DNA of 64,000 nt from a virus (IMGVR_UViG_3300029911_000006), one strand, 5' to 3'; numbered from the stretch's first letter, positions 16,290 to 25,569 are shown. The notes: generated by a model not told the origin, from the letters alone. A program made the numbers and translations.

Positions 16290-16669
16290 CGGTCTTCCTC
16301 GATTGGTGTGAGACTTAGGATGCGGTCGGGCGACAGGTGGACTACCTGCTCATGGAGAAGATGAGCCACACCCTCACGGACATCGGCCTCGCTGATGCGA
16401 CCGGGGATGGCGACAAGGGCAACCAGTTGGAACGGGTTGAAACTCGTCTTGTGGAGGAACTGAATGATACGCTTCTCGGCTTCTGTCATCTTGAGCCCGG
16501 AAGGTGGTAAGTCTTCAACGCAAGGACGGGTCAGGAACGCCGATGCAGTCTTCCAATCAGGCCCCATGCAGATAACCCTGCCGTTCTTCTGTGGGAGGTA
16601 CACACCGTCGAAGCGTTCAAACGCTCCCGGAAACCTGTTCAGAGTAAGTTGCTCGTAGTCTAAGCTCAT
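16286..16669 (-). CDS. hypothetical protein (127 aa)
   Basis: Track ORF. Confidence 0.5.
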   Translation of the reverse strand: MSLDYEQLTLNRFPGAFERFDGVYLPQKNGRVICMGPDWKTASAFLTRPCVEDLPPSGLKMTEAEKRIIQFLHKTSFNPFQLVALVAIPGRISEADVREGVAHLLHEQVVHLSPDRILSLTPIEEDR

Positions 16670-17010
16670 ACCTTCTTCTCTTCAATCTTCCCCAGCATCC
16701 TCTTGGTCTCTGCCGTCGCCGTCTTCAAATAGGCGGTCATGTACTTGAGAGAAGCCAGATGATACTTCAACAGACGTTCATCCATGTGGCGAGTCGGGTA
16801 CGCTTCGAAGAACGAGTTCTGGCCGGAGTAATAGACCTTCACATCGTCGGCATGGTGCGATGGAGGCACGGTGGTCTGGCCGATGATGTACCGATGCCCG
16901 TCGTAGCCCATGGAGGCGTCGTAAATCTCCTCCACGAACTTAGCCGGTTCCCTGCGAATCTCATCCCAACGGTCGTTCAGGATGCCTACTTCAGTCATGA
17001 ATCCCATCAA
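16666..17010 (-). CDS. hypothetical protein (114 aa)
   Basis: Track ORF. Confidence 0.5.
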   Translation of the reverse strand: MMGFMTEVGILNDRWDEIRREPAKFVEEIYDASMGYDGHRYIIGQTTVPPSHHADDVKVYYSGQNSFFEAYPTRHMDERLLKYHLASLKYMTAYLKTATAETKRMLGKIEEKKV

Positions 17011-17510
17011 ATCTCCTTCGAAGCGTGTTGGAGCACAGCCCTAACACAGTCAAACATCCGGTCTTTTCCTTCGCGTGGGTAGTTATCCCAAACGTCACAG
17101 ACAGAGGTACCCCGCATCCCGATACCGATGCATCGCTTGTCCACCTTCAGGTTCTTGAACGTTTCGCTGATGAGCCCCCAGTGATTCACACACCCGGCCC
17201 ATTTCGGCCACGCTTCAAGGATGACGTTCATACGAGCAGCGGAGTCACTCATAAGAGCGAAGTGCTCAGGGGAAACATAAGCGTAGTCGAACGTGAACGC
17301 ATGGCACAGGCGGACGTGCAGGTTCACCTTCTTATCGTAGGCCAAGTTCCACAGCAGCGACATAGGGTTTATGTCGTTGTAATACCGAAGACCGAACTGG
17401 GTCTCAGCAAGGTACTCCCACACCGGGGGTGCGGAGCCATGGCTGTTGCGGAACTCCTCGATTTCGATTCGCTTGGTCTTGTAGACCTTGTACAGGGATG
17501 TATAGCTCAT
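17007..17510 (-). CDS. hypothetical protein (167 aa)
   Basis: Track ORF. Confidence 0.5.
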   Translation of the reverse strand: MSYTSLYKVYKTKRIEIEEFRNSHGSAPPVWEYLAETQFGLRYYNDINPMSLLWNLAYDKKVNLHVRLCHAFTFDYAYVSPEHFALMSDSAARMNVILEAWPKWAGCVNHWGLISETFKNLKVDKRCIGIGMRGTSVCDVWDNYPREGKDRMFDCVRAVLQHASKEI

Positions 17511-17713
17511 CGTCTATCTTTCAGGAGTTGAAAGTACCGTTCCCGCAGGTCGATGTACTCGCGTTGAATCATGCGGACAGCACCTGTCGCTCCCCGCTCT
17601 TCGGAAATCTGCTCACAGTTCTGCAAGCCGCAAGCCGTCGCCATATCCTTGACGGCGGCTATCAAGTTGTCCCGATTGCTCGGGGAGTTCGCCATTACGT
17701 CCTTGACATTCAT
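17507..17713 (-). CDS. hypothetical protein (68 aa)
   Basis: Track ORF. Confidence 0.45.
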   Translation of the reverse strand: MNVKDVMANSPSNRDNLIAAVKDMATACGLQNCEQISEERGATGAVRMIQREYIDLRERYFQLLKDRR

Positions 17714-18132
17714 GCGTAGGGGTTCTCCACAACGTCGGGGTCTTCGTACGCGAAGTCCTCGTCGTAGCGTTTCATGTGCTTACCCTGTTCATGCACAAGT
17801 ATCTGTGACCAGTTGTAGGAGTTCCCCCCGTGCTGAGCCACCGACACGAAGAGGGTGTTGGGGTCGCCACCGCTCATACTCGGCTTGACCTTGGTGACCT
17901 GAGCCAAACCGCCGACGACATCATCCTCGCCATGGTCGATGTACAGGTGAGTCTGCACATAGATGTAGTCGCCCACCTTTGGCGTCCACTTCTTGCCAGA
18001 CTTGATGCGTTCCTTCAGCACCTTCAGCTTCGCACGGTCAAGCTTGTTCTCATCCTTGGCCGCATCCTTGGCGTTGTCGAATACCTTGCCGCTACGCTGA
18101 CTCTGCCATGCGTTCACTTTGGTTGGCATCAC
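17710..18132 (-). CDS. hypothetical protein (140 aa)
   Basis: Track ORF. Confidence 0.5.
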   Translation of the reverse strand: MMPTKVNAWQSQRSGKVFDNAKDAAKDENKLDRAKLKVLKERIKSGKKWTPKVGDYIYVQTHLYIDHGEDDVVGGLAQVTKVKPSMSGGDPNTLFVSVAQHGGNSYNWSQILVHEQGKHMKRYDEDFAYEDPDVVENPYA

Positions 18133-18563
18133 TCCCCCATGTTGAGAACAATTACCGGCTTCTTGTCACCTGTCATCGCCTTCAACTCTTCGAGAGGGTC
18201 GATGTGGGTGTGCATGTCCGCACCCATCTCATAGACGGGAAGCATCTCAGGAAGGCCGAAGGCTTCGCGAACGGACTCCACCCATGCGGCTACCAGTCCC
18301 GGCGCGGTTTCCTTCGTCATGCCTTCGAGGGTTACCGTCAACCTCTCCAGATGCGACTGCATCTCCGGGGCGTCATCCATCAGGGTGGGGAACTGGGTTG
18401 CAAGCCACGGCCTACACTCGGTCATCGCACGGGGCAACTGGTGCGTGAACAGGTCGTCGCCGGTGAGGAAGTTCAGGATGTCGTAAACCGCTTCTATGTG
18501 CCTAGAGGCAACAAGGCGTCCGGTGGTGACGCTCAGCACGTCACCGATGTGATAACTCTTCAT
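18129..18563 (-). CDS. hypothetical protein (145 aa)
   Basis: Start MKSYHIG is preceded by a GGAGGATTG Shine-Dalgarno. TGATGA overlap. Confidence 0.5.
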   Translation of the reverse strand: MKSYHIGDVLSVTTGRLVASRHIEAVYDILNFLTGDDLFTHQLPRAMTECRPWLATQFPTLMDDAPEMQSHLERLTVTLEGMTKETAPGLVAAWVESVREAFGLPEMLPVYEMGADMHTHIDPLEELKAMTGDKKPVIVLNMGE

Positions 18564-19048
18564 CAATCCTCCGTGTAGAAGATGCGGTTGATTTCTTTTA
18601 ATGCTTGGTCGGGGGTTTGGTAGTGAACAAATACCCCCCCCGCTGCTTCCCACAAATGTCGGTACTTCAAGCGGTCATCGACCAGAACATCACCGGGCGA
18701 CATAAATAGATGTTTTTCTTCAGAGAGGCAGACAATGGTGGGCACGGAGGGGAAGTGGTGGGCCGTCCACTCAACCTTGTCGGTCTTGTCGTTTTCGTAG
18801 CCGTCACCCTCGTGGGCTCCAGTGAGAATCGTGGGCTTCAGGTGTTTGACAGCTTCGTAGAACTGGATAGCTCCGGGCATCAGAGGGAGGTCGCGGTAGA
18901 ACCTATTCTTAGAAGTACGTAGGAATACCCACGCCTCATCATACCCGACTTTCTCCTTCAATTGTGCGAAGGACATGCCGAAGTGGGTGAGCATGGCGGT
19001 GTTGAAATCAGCGAGTACGCCGTCGCAGTCAAGGAATAGTCTCTTCAT
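18563..19048 (-). CDS. HAD-family 5'(3')-deoxyribonucleotidase-like (LFLDCDGVLADF)
   Basis: The DxDGVLADF N-terminal motif is characteristic of the NT5C/5'-nucleotidase HAD subfamily. Confidence 0.6.
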   Translation of the reverse strand: MKRLFLDCDGVLADFNTAMLTHFGMSFAQLKEKVGYDEAWVFLRTSKNRFYRDLPLMPGAIQFYEAVKHLKPTILTGAHEGDGYENDKTDKVEWTAHHFPSVPTIVCLSEEKHLFMSPGDVLVDDRLKYRHLWEAAGGVFVHYQTPDQALKEINRIFYTED

Positions 19049-19158
19049 GTCGTGGTCTCTTTCTTCTTACAAAGCCAACGAGATGTTTGATTCTGTCTTC
19101 GATACTCGAAGATACCGTCGAAGTCTTTACCGAAAAGGGGTTTCATGGCAATAGAGTA

Positions 19159-19344
19159 TCACAACTCTCTCTTCGCGGTACAGTAAGTTTCAAGTAATTC
19201 TCGGTAGTTGATGAGAGCACGGGCTGAGCCGAACTTTCTCCCCGTGAACTTGGAGCCACACGCGAAGACGTACCGGCGCGGACAGCGGACACTACATGCA
19301 ACCGAACCCGTGGTCGTGATGTGTTGGACAATGTTCTCGAACAT
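19159..19344 (-). CDS. possible small protein (61 aa)
   Basis: Track ORF. Weak support. Confidence 0.3.
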   Translation of the reverse strand: MFENIVQHITTTGSVACSVRCPRRYVFACGSKFTGRKFGSARALINYRELLETYCTAKREL

Positions 19345-19346
19345 GT

Positions 19347-19547
19347 CTAGTCCACGCTGCCTTTCGTGTTGAGTTCAACTAGGAAGTCCCGGAGGTAGGG
19401 GGCATCAAGTTTATTGGTGAAGCAGTGCAGTGCTGCCAGCTTGACCAACTCCGGTAGATGGTTCCCGGCGAGTTCCAGTGCCTTCACGGTTTGCCGACCG
19501 AGTACACATTGGACAGCGAGGTATGCCTTATCGCGTAGCACTGACAT
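19347..19547 (-). CDS. hypothetical protein (66 aa)
   Basis: Track ORF. Confidence 0.4.
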   Translation of the reverse strand: MSVLRDKAYLAVQCVLGRQTVKALELAGNHLPELVKLAALHCFTNKLDAPYLRDFLVELNTKGSVD

Positions 19548-19677
19548 TAGTGTGCATCTCCTATGATGACAAACTCAGGTTGCTTACCATCGTACACCAA
19601 GATGTCCCATACAGCGATGGCCGATACCTTGGTTTTATCGAGTCTGTGCATTTTTTGGTCTCCGCCCTTCAAGCTCT

Positions 19678-20037
19678 TCAAGTTGAATGATTCCGATGGA
19701 CTTGCCTATGTCCATGGGAATGTGTTCGACTGTGACTTCCACTTGGTCGCCCCACCAGAGCCGGTCGCTCCGGGTCTTCAGCTTCAGGCCGTGGGACTTC
19801 AACAGCCGGTTCAATTTCGGGAGCATAGTGTGGTCGAATAAACCGAAGGCTGCTTTTGGGTTCCGTTGTTTCACTTTGGCACCGCTCTTTCATGTAGTCG
19901 TGTGCGAAACTCCAGACTGCCTCTGGTAAGTGTTCCGCCGTGATGTGTTCGTCCACTTCAATCGCGTTGATGAACAGGCCTTCCTCGCAACAGGAACAGT
20001 ACACAGGGAACTCCAACTCTTCTAGTGGGCCGCTCAT
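19678..20037 (-). CDS. hypothetical protein; its 3' third may shift into the overlapping frame (19635..19826)
   Basis: The N-terminal two-thirds are protein-like. The C-terminus in this frame is low-complexity, whereas the overlapping frame is protein-like. Confidence 0.4.
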   Translation of the reverse strand: MSGPLEELEFPVYCSCCEEGLFINAIEVDEHITAEHLPEAVWSFAHDYMKERCQSETTEPKSSLRFIRPHYAPEIEPAVEVPRPEAEDPERPALVGRPSGSHSRTHSHGHRQVHRNHST

Positions 20038-20843
20038 TTGGTAGCCCAGTTCTTGTTGATGTAAGGTTCGAGTTGCGACAGATGGCAGTCAGCCGCACGC
20101 TTGTCATTGCGAAGGTGCAGGAGTGTAGGCTGAACGATGTGGCGTTCCTGAGTCGCATAGAGGAAGCGGACTTCGATGACCTGACCCGGAGCCGGGTTGA
20201 ACTTGTTCCGCAGAGAGCAACCAGAGATGCGGTGGACTTGACCCTTCGAGTTCACCATGCCAATCTCAACGCTATCCTTGCCCTCAGGGCTGGGGCCGAT
20301 GACGAACGCATCCGCCATCTTCCAGAACTTCAATTTAAAATGTTGCTCAGCCCTACCAGTACGATAGGACTTCCGTAGATTCTTCGAGACGATGCCCTCG
20401 CCCTTCGCGGCCAGTACCTGCTCCCACAGGGCTTTCTTCTCCGCAGCGGTACGGGCAGTCTTGACCGTGATGAGGTTCTTGGAGTGGTTGTCGAACTCCT
20501 GATGGTACCGGGCTTCACGGTACTCGTAAACGTCGTTGGTGATAACCTCATCGCCAAGGATGAGAGCATCGAAGACGAAGAACGTGGTCTTGACCAGTTC
20601 GCCGTCGATTACGAATGTGTCGAGGGGGTGGGACAGAAGGGCGTGGCGAACCTGAATGGGGAGGGCCTTGCTTGACTTCTCGCCCTCACGGTTGAACCAG
20701 AAAAGCTGACCGTCCTGCTTGGCAATCATCAGCCGATGACCGTTGTGCTTCTCCTGATACCCGTAGTCCGGGTTGGTCAGCATCCGCTGGAAATGAAGCT
20801 CGGTCGTCTCGGTGAGAAGTTCGGCTTGGATACCCTGCATCAT
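20034..20843 (-). CDS. ATP-dependent DNA ligase-like nucleotidyltransferase (269 aa)
   Basis: Motif I EKHNGHR (KxNGxR variant), FVIDGELV (III), EGIVSK (IV), LKFWK (V). Leaderless start after promoter copy 7. Confidence 0.6.
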   Translation of the reverse strand: MMQGIQAELLTETTELHFQRMLTNPDYGYQEKHNGHRLMIAKQDGQLFWFNREGEKSSKALPIQVRHALLSHPLDTFVIDGELVKTTFFVFDALILGDEVITNDVYEYREARYHQEFDNHSKNLITVKTARTAAEKKALWEQVLAAKGEGIVSKNLRKSYRTGRAEQHFKLKFWKMADAFVIGPSPEGKDSVEIGMVNSKGQVHRISGCSLRNKFNPAPGQVIEVRFLYATQERHIVQPTLLHLRNDKRAADCHLSQLEPYINKNWATK

Positions 20844-20912
20844 GTCTGTAGTATACCGGGCAGACCTTGGTTCTGAACACCTATTTTAGGAAATAATTTT
20901 GGGGTTTTTCCA
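20844..20912 (-). promoter_or_regulatory. conserved phage promoter, copy 7 (leaderless; drives the ligase)
   Basis: Minus strand reads CCCAAAATTATTTCCTAAAATAGGTGTTCAGAACCAAGGTCTGCCCGGTATACTACAGACATG. Confidence 0.65.
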
Positions 20913-21299
20913 TACCAGTTCTAACTCCCCGGCACCGAGTCGCTTGAGCACTACACGGGCGTGCTTGCTCCACTCATCCGGGGGTAAACCCGCCCTCAGG
21001 AAGCCCTTGAGAGTGTCTACAGCGTCTTCCTTGCGCCCGATGGAGGCGTAGTAGACCCCAAGCTGGTACTGGGCGTCTGTGGAGCCCTTATTGATGGCGG
21101 CGAGGTAGAAATCCTCCGCCTTCATGTCCCCAAGTTCCTCCATCGCACGACCTACGTTGAAGAGGACGACGGGGGACTCCGGGCAGATGCGGAACGCATC
21201 CAAGAAGAAGGTCATGGCACAGGCGTAGTCTCCACGTTGGAAATATCGGTTCCCCTCTTCAACGATATCGTTGTAGTCGATTTCGATTCGTGGGTTCAT
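20886..21299 (-). CDS. TPR-repeat protein (137 aa)
   Basis: Repeated A/Y/L helical hairpin pattern typical of tetratricopeptide repeats. Confidence 0.55.
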   Translation of the reverse strand: MNPRIEIDYNDIVEEGNRYFQRGDYACAMTFFLDAFRICPESPVVLFNVGRAMEELGDMKAEDFYLAAINKGSTDAQYQLGVYYASIGRKEDAVDTLKGFLRAGLPPDEWSKHARVVLKRLGAGELELVWKNPKIIS

Positions 21300-21664
21300 A
21301 GGGTTCCTGTCTCCCCTAACTTGTCCCGGTGACGAGCGTGGTTAGGTACCTCTACCTTGAGGGTACGTTCAGCCTCTTCCTCAATCTCGGTGACAAGCTT
21401 GTTGACGGCCTGAGGCCCCATGATGTTCCTGCCGATGAGGAAGAAGAGGTCGTAGTTGTGAACGACGGGCTTATTGACCTCCCGGTAGGCTCCACGCAGC
21501 CGGACGCCAGTGCAGAGGTTCCCGGCCATCCTCCACACGAGGTCGAGGAAGTCATACTCCGACCATGTGCCGGGTTCGAGTAAACGCAGGTTCACCGACC
21601 GCAAAGTCTCGGTCGGTGCGGCCCTGTACTTGATTCGGTTTCCGTTGAGACTTGTGTAAATCAT
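21296..21664 (-). CDS. hypothetical protein (122 aa)
   Basis: Start MIYTSLNG with an ATGA overlap. Confidence 0.5.
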   Translation of the reverse strand: MIYTSLNGNRIKYRAAPTETLRSVNLRLLEPGTWSEYDFLDLVWRMAGNLCTGVRLRGAYREVNKPVVHNYDLFFLIGRNIMGPQAVNKLVTEIEEEAERTLKVEVPNHARHRDKLGETGTL

Positions 21665-21918
21665 TGAGGGTTCCTTGAGTGCCCGAAGTGCCATGCGAGA
21701 CAGTGTTCACACTTGTAAGGCAGTAGCGGCTTCGCCGGGTTGGTGTCCCTGTTGTTCGATAGGAGTTGGTTGATAGCCTTCTGTGCCAACTCCTGCGTCT
21801 TGAAAGCCACCTTTCGGGTACAGCCACGGAACTGCTGATAGGCTGGAGGTCGTATCGGCGTGGGGATGGTGTCGCACACCATCTTTTTGAATTCCGGCTT
21901 TTTGAATCCCGGCTTCAT
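21661..21918 (-). CDS. small zinc-finger protein (YKCEHCLAWHFGH)
   Basis: TAATG coupling. Confidence 0.45.
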   Translation of the reverse strand: MKPGFKKPEFKKMVCDTIPTPIRPPAYQQFRGCTRKVAFKTQELAQKAINQLLSNNRDTNPAKPLLPYKCEHCLAWHFGHSRNPQ

Positions 21919-22268
21919 TACGGGGCAATCCCTTCGTCGTAGTCGTACTCATACTCGCCGTCTTCATCCTTCGGCCCTAACGTGGACACAACCCAATCCT
22001 TGTACTTCTGTGAAGGCGGCTCCACTGTGGAGAAGCGGTCTTCGGTGAACCCATCTTCCCACTTGGCTTGAACTACGACGATAGGTGTGCCGTTGAGGAT
22101 ACGGGCCACTTGGTCGAGTACCCACAGCTTGTGGTGTCCGCCATCAATCTGGCCGTAAGCTTCGATGTAGCGGAGAGCCCAGTCGGTCGGCGTCATGCTC
22201 CGGTAGTCTGGATGGATGTCGATGTCAAGGGGTGTCTCGCCGAGATACTTGCCGTGTGAGGATGCCAT
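21918..22268 (-). CDS. hypothetical protein (116 aa)
   Basis: GGAGCTAAC-ATG Shine-Dalgarno. Confidence 0.5.
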   Translation of the reverse strand: MASSHGKYLGETPLDIDIHPDYRSMTPTDWALRYIEAYGQIDGGHHKLWVLDQVARILNGTPIVVVQAKWEDGFTEDRFSTVEPPSQKYKDWVVSTLGPKDEDGEYEYDYDEGIAP

Positions 22269-22269
22269 G

Positions 22270-22461
22270 TTAGCTCCAGTTGAAGAGGTTGCCACCGATG
22301 ATGATAGCACCGATGAGTACAGCGAGGACAGGACTCACCACGAAGATGCCGATGATGAACGCTGCGAAGACGAGGTAAGTCAGGGCGAAGACCACATGCT
22401 TGAGGGCTGGTGGTGTTGCCCTGACTCTTGTATGCTCGGTCTGTTCTGGAATCCAACGCAT
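22270..22461 (-). CDS. small membrane protein (63 aa)
   Basis: AGGAG Shine-Dalgarno. Hydrophobic. Confidence 0.45.
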   Translation of the reverse strand: MRWIPEQTEHTRVRATPPALKHVVFALTYLVFAAFIIGIFVVSPVLAVLIGAIIIGGNLFNWS

Positions 22462-22619
22462 TTGGAACTCCTAATTGGTTGCGTCCGGTTACATGTTCAC
22501 CGTCGCTGCCTAGTATTGTGACCCCACGCGCAGGGTATCTAGGGCACGCTCAACTCGCTCACCAGTATTTTCCTGTGGCCTACAGGTTTTTCGGTGAGTC
22601 TGTATCGCGGTAGTCAAAC

Positions 22620-23150
22620 TTAGTTGCCGTCGCCCAAGGAGAGAGTCTGGTCGAGGGTGATTGTCGGAGTCGTGGTTGCGACACCAGCCGCTCCGGCGAC
22701 AGCCATTGCGCTGTAGGTGCCCCAATACTTGCGGTCGAGGCCAGCAGCAGTGGTCGGGGTGAGGAAGTCCGCCCATGCGGTGTCGAAGAAGCAGTTGTCC
22801 GGGGCCTCTTGGAACATGGGGGCGACCTGTGCATCCTGCCAGCCAGCGAGGCCAGTGCCGATGCGGGAGACCTTGAATTCGAGGGTGGGGTTCATCTTGG
22901 CGAAGAGAATGAAGCAGTAGATGTAGAAGCGGAGGGCCTCAGGCGTAATCTGGAACCCCGGCTGACCTGTGGATTTCGAGCAGGTTGGGATGGCGAAGCT
23001 GTTGCCCTGATGGCCGAAGCCAACGTGCCAACGTGCTCCAAAGTTCTTGTGGGCATCACGGGCGGCTCCGCCACCGTGCTCACCCATCTCGTTGCTGCCA
23101 AATGCGAGGATAACTTCAGCCAGATTGCGGAACGCTGTGAGCGTAATCAT
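22620..23150 (-). CDS. macro-domain / PARG-like (GGG-motif) ADP-ribose-processing protein
   Basis: VILAFGSNEMGEHGGGAARDA parallels the macro-domain NAAN-x4-GGGV-A signature and the LNFAS..PGGG signature of microbial PARG; the QEE of PARG is not evident. About 176 aa, which is macro-domain size. Confidence 0.4.
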   Translation of the reverse strand: MITLTAFRNLAEVILAFGSNEMGEHGGGAARDAHKNFGARWHVGFGHQGNSFAIPTCSKSTGQPGFQITPEALRFYIYCFILFAKMNPTLEFKVSRIGTGLAGWQDAQVAPMFQEAPDNCFFDTAWADFLTPTTAAGLDRKYWGTYSAMAVAGAAGVATTTPTITLDQTLSLGDGN

Positions 23151-23344
23151 ATGATTCCCCTTAGACCTTTAGCCAACCAGATAGGTAGGCGGATTTGGTA
23201 CCGTGATTCGAGAGTAGCAGCGTAGTTCTCGTCCGGCTTGTGGTAAGTGTCATTGCCGTTATAGCCTTCAGGTCGGCTGTACTGGGACTTGTAGTAAGCC
23301 CTCTGCTTGGCCTTCCGCTGCTCGGGTGTGAGTGGTTCTTTCAT
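23147..23344 (-). CDS. small basic protein (65 aa)
   Basis: Leaderless ATG after promoter copy 8. ATGA overlap with the macro gene. Confidence 0.5.
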   Translation of the reverse strand: MKEPLTPEQRKAKQRAYYKSQYSRPEGYNGNDTYHKPDENYAATLESRYQIRLPIWLAKGLRGII

Positions 23345-23405
23345 CTGTCAGCAGTATACCGGAGTCACCATCGTTCTGAACACTTATTTTGGAATTTTTT
23401 ACTGA
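23345..23405 (-). promoter_or_regulatory. conserved phage promoter, copy 8
   Basis: Minus strand reads AAAAAATTCCAAAATAAGTGTTCAGAACGATGGTGACTCCGGTATACTGCTGACAGATG. Confidence 0.65.
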
Positions 23406-23760
23406 GGAGGTCACCCGGTCGCAGGGGCGTGTAATGAGCCGCACCGTTAGTGGTGCCAGCGATGAGACGACCAACCTCAGCTGGGATGGGGTTACCGGCT
23501 TCGGTTCCTTTCGCAATTGAGTACATCGCCTTCAGACGGTCTGGAAACCGCTTACGGAACTCGTCATTTGGGTCGTCCATCGGACGCATCACGATCAGAC
23601 CTCGGTTCGTCAACGCCCTCAGCGATTCGCGGACACCTTCAGGATGCCTGCGTTTGTTTAGCCAAGTCGCCACAGTCCATCCGCTCATCTCGCCATTCTT
23701 GGCATCCGCAATCGTGGCGAGGCAGTCCTTCATCTTCTGACTCATTGGGTGGTCAGTCAT
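23365..23760 (-). CDS. hypothetical protein (about 132 aa from MTDHP)
   Basis: Track ORF. The start is uncertain (an upstream GTG is an alternative). Confidence 0.45.
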   Translation of the reverse strand: MTDHPMSQKMKDCLATIADAKNGEMSGWTVATWLNKRRHPEGVRESLRALTNRGLIVMRPMDDPNDEFRKRFPDRLKAMYSIAKGTEAGNPIPAEVGRLIAGTTNGAAHYTPLRPGDLLSKKFQNKCSERW

Positions 23761-23923
23761 GGGGTCTTCTCGCGCCTCATAAATACCTGAAAGTATGCGG
23801 TCGGACTTTCGTAAGATGTGCGGCAAATGGACACGACCCGCCACCCATTGGACTCTTCCATTGCCATTCGCGTACACATCGGCACTTCATCGGAATCCGA
23901 CAGAATCATCCACGTCCACTCGC

Positions 23924-24649
23924 TCACGATGCCACCTCTGGTTTCAGCTCAATTCCGGCGGCTGTCAACTCGCCAATCAGACTCTCGCGAGTGATCGCTT
24001 GCGGATTGTGGAATTGTCCGTCGTAGGTCCCATCGTCCTCTTCGAATTTCCGTACGCCAAATCCTTGCGCCTCCAGTTGCTGGCGGATGCTTTTCAGTGT
24101 CGTCTTGGGCGTGTAGGCGACTCGCAGAGTGTACGGTTTCGAGTGCTTCGAGAGTCCACCAAAAATCTCACCAAAGGTAACGTCAGCCTGACCATCTTCT
24201 GGGAAACTGAGACCGCGAAACCGATGAACGTAGGTGTCCATCTTCCTTAGGGTCTTGTAAAGTTTGTTGGCGAATTGCTGCTTTTCCCCCTCCCACAACA
24301 TGCGTTCTGGGATGCCGGTGATCCGGGCAAACCGCTCGTTTCCGTAGTCACACAAATCGTTTGTTCCGATGGCGCGGAGAAGTAGTCCGCTAGGATCATT
24401 CTTGCACCCATTCGCTTCGACAAAGGCTAGGACGAACGGATTTTCGTTGCGACCGACACTGGACTGACAGAGAACGAGGTCGCCCTTGTTGTACTTGGGC
24501 CGCTCAAAACCGGGTTCTTCAATCGCAATATGGCTCAGAGAATACTGGCTTGCCATGTATTGCTGAACCGCCGGTAACCGCTGGAGGGTAGCGACTTCTT
24601 GAGCGAGCATGGAAGCAATATTGAGAAGGATACGTTCACGGTCTGTCAT
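23924..24649 (-). CDS. hypothetical protein (241 aa)
   Basis: Start MTDRER is preceded by a GGGAGGAAACCGA Shine-Dalgarno. Confidence 0.5.
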   Translation of the reverse strand: MTDRERILLNIASMLAQEVATLQRLPAVQQYMASQYSLSHIAIEEPGFERPKYNKGDLVLCQSSVGRNENPFVLAFVEANGCKNDPSGLLLRAIGTNDLCDYGNERFARITGIPERMLWEGEKQQFANKLYKTLRKMDTYVHRFRGLSFPEDGQADVTFGEIFGGLSKHSKPYTLRVAYTPKTTLKSIRQQLEAQGFGVRKFEEDDGTYDGQFHNPQAITRESLIGELTAAGIELKPEVAS

Positions 24650-24833
24650 TCGGTTTCCTCCCCACCACGGTTCCACTGACACCGGCAGGGTCAGGCGGTT
24701 CGTTGTTGAAGAAATCATCGACCTCTTCCGGGACGGGGACGCCAGCGGCCTCACAGGCGTCGTAGGCTTGCTTCATCTTCTTCCACTTCGCGTCCGGGGG
24801 ACGGAAGGCTTGCACATACGTTGACAGTCCCAT
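24636..24833 (-). CDS. small protein (65 aa)
   Basis: Track ORF. Confidence 0.4.
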   Translation of the reverse strand: MGLSTYVQAFRPPDAKWKKMKQAYDACEAAGVPVPEEVDDFFNNEPPDPAGVSGTVVGRKPNDRP

Positions 24834-24848
24834 GGCTTTACCTTTCAG

Positions 24849-25154
24849 TTATGGCAGGAATCCTGCGACGATGACGGCAACAGAACCGAACAGGCCGTCG
24901 TCAATTACATCCAACGGGAACTCCGTCGTGTACGGGAGGAGGATGTCCCCGCCGTCCCCGTAGATGAGCTTCTCCAACTCTTCCTGCAACTTGTCGTGAG
25001 CCTTCTGAGCCTTCTTGGTAGCACCATCAGGCAGCACCGAGTTCATGTACACCTTGTTCAGGTGGGTGTAGTTCCCCTCAAGTACGAAGAACTTCAGTTC
25101 AGCGTCAAGCTGGTCGTAAATCAGAATGGTCTTCAGTTCACTGTTTCCGCTCAT
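24849..25154 (-). CDS. hypothetical protein (101 aa)
   Basis: Track ORF. The start is uncertain. Confidence 0.45.
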   Translation of the reverse strand: MSGNSELKTILIYDQLDAELKFFVLEGNYTHLNKVYMNSVLPDGATKKAQKAHDKLQEELEKLIYGDGGDILLPYTTEFPLDVIDDGLFGSVAVIVAGFLP

Positions 25155-25426
25155 AGTGGCTTGTCCCTCTTGATGCGGTTGTAGCCCACGAAGTGGGCAC
25201 GGGTGTAAGGTGGGAAGCACGGCATCACAGCGTATCGACTACCGCATGGGTCGCACTCGATTGTAGTCTGGCTGAACACGCAAGTTTCGGTCTTCCACGT
25301 TGATTCAATACCGCAGTCCGGGCACTGTCCTCGATTAAGAACAGCCGAGTCTAGTTCCGGCCCCCATTTGATAGGAGCCGGTGGTGCTGGTTTGCGACCA
25401 ACTAGCTTGCGGAGAAAGGTTATCAC
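25151..25426 (-). CDS. zinc-ribbon protein (CPDC...CDPC); GTG start 7 nt after TATACT
   Basis: Leaderless GTG start downstream of promoter copy 9. Confidence 0.5.
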   Translation of the reverse strand: MITFLRKLVGRKPAPPAPIKWGPELDSAVLNRGQCPDCGIESTWKTETCVFSQTTIECDPCGSRYAVMPCFPPYTRAHFVGYNRIKRDKPL

Positions 25427-25480
25427 TTAGGCCAGTATACCCCAAAGGACTTTGCACGCATAGTGGAAAAATTGGTCTTC
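25427..25480 (-). promoter_or_regulatory. conserved phage promoter, copy 9 (TATACT -10; divergent -35)
   Basis: Minus strand reads ...TGCAAAGTCCTTTGGGGTATACTGGCCTAAGTG. Confidence 0.45.
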
Positions 25481-25522
25481 ACCGAATGAAGTCCCACCAT
25501 CACACTTGACCACATCGGCAGG

Positions 25523-25569
25523 AATATACATATTTCTTTAAACGGCTTTATGGAATATGTATATTCCAT
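25523..25569. repeat. perfect 14-bp inverted repeat GGAATATACATATT-N19-AATATGTATATTCC in an AT-rich 228-nt intergenic region
   Basis: Seen directly in the sequence. A candidate operator, origin or structured RNA element. Confidence 0.6.
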
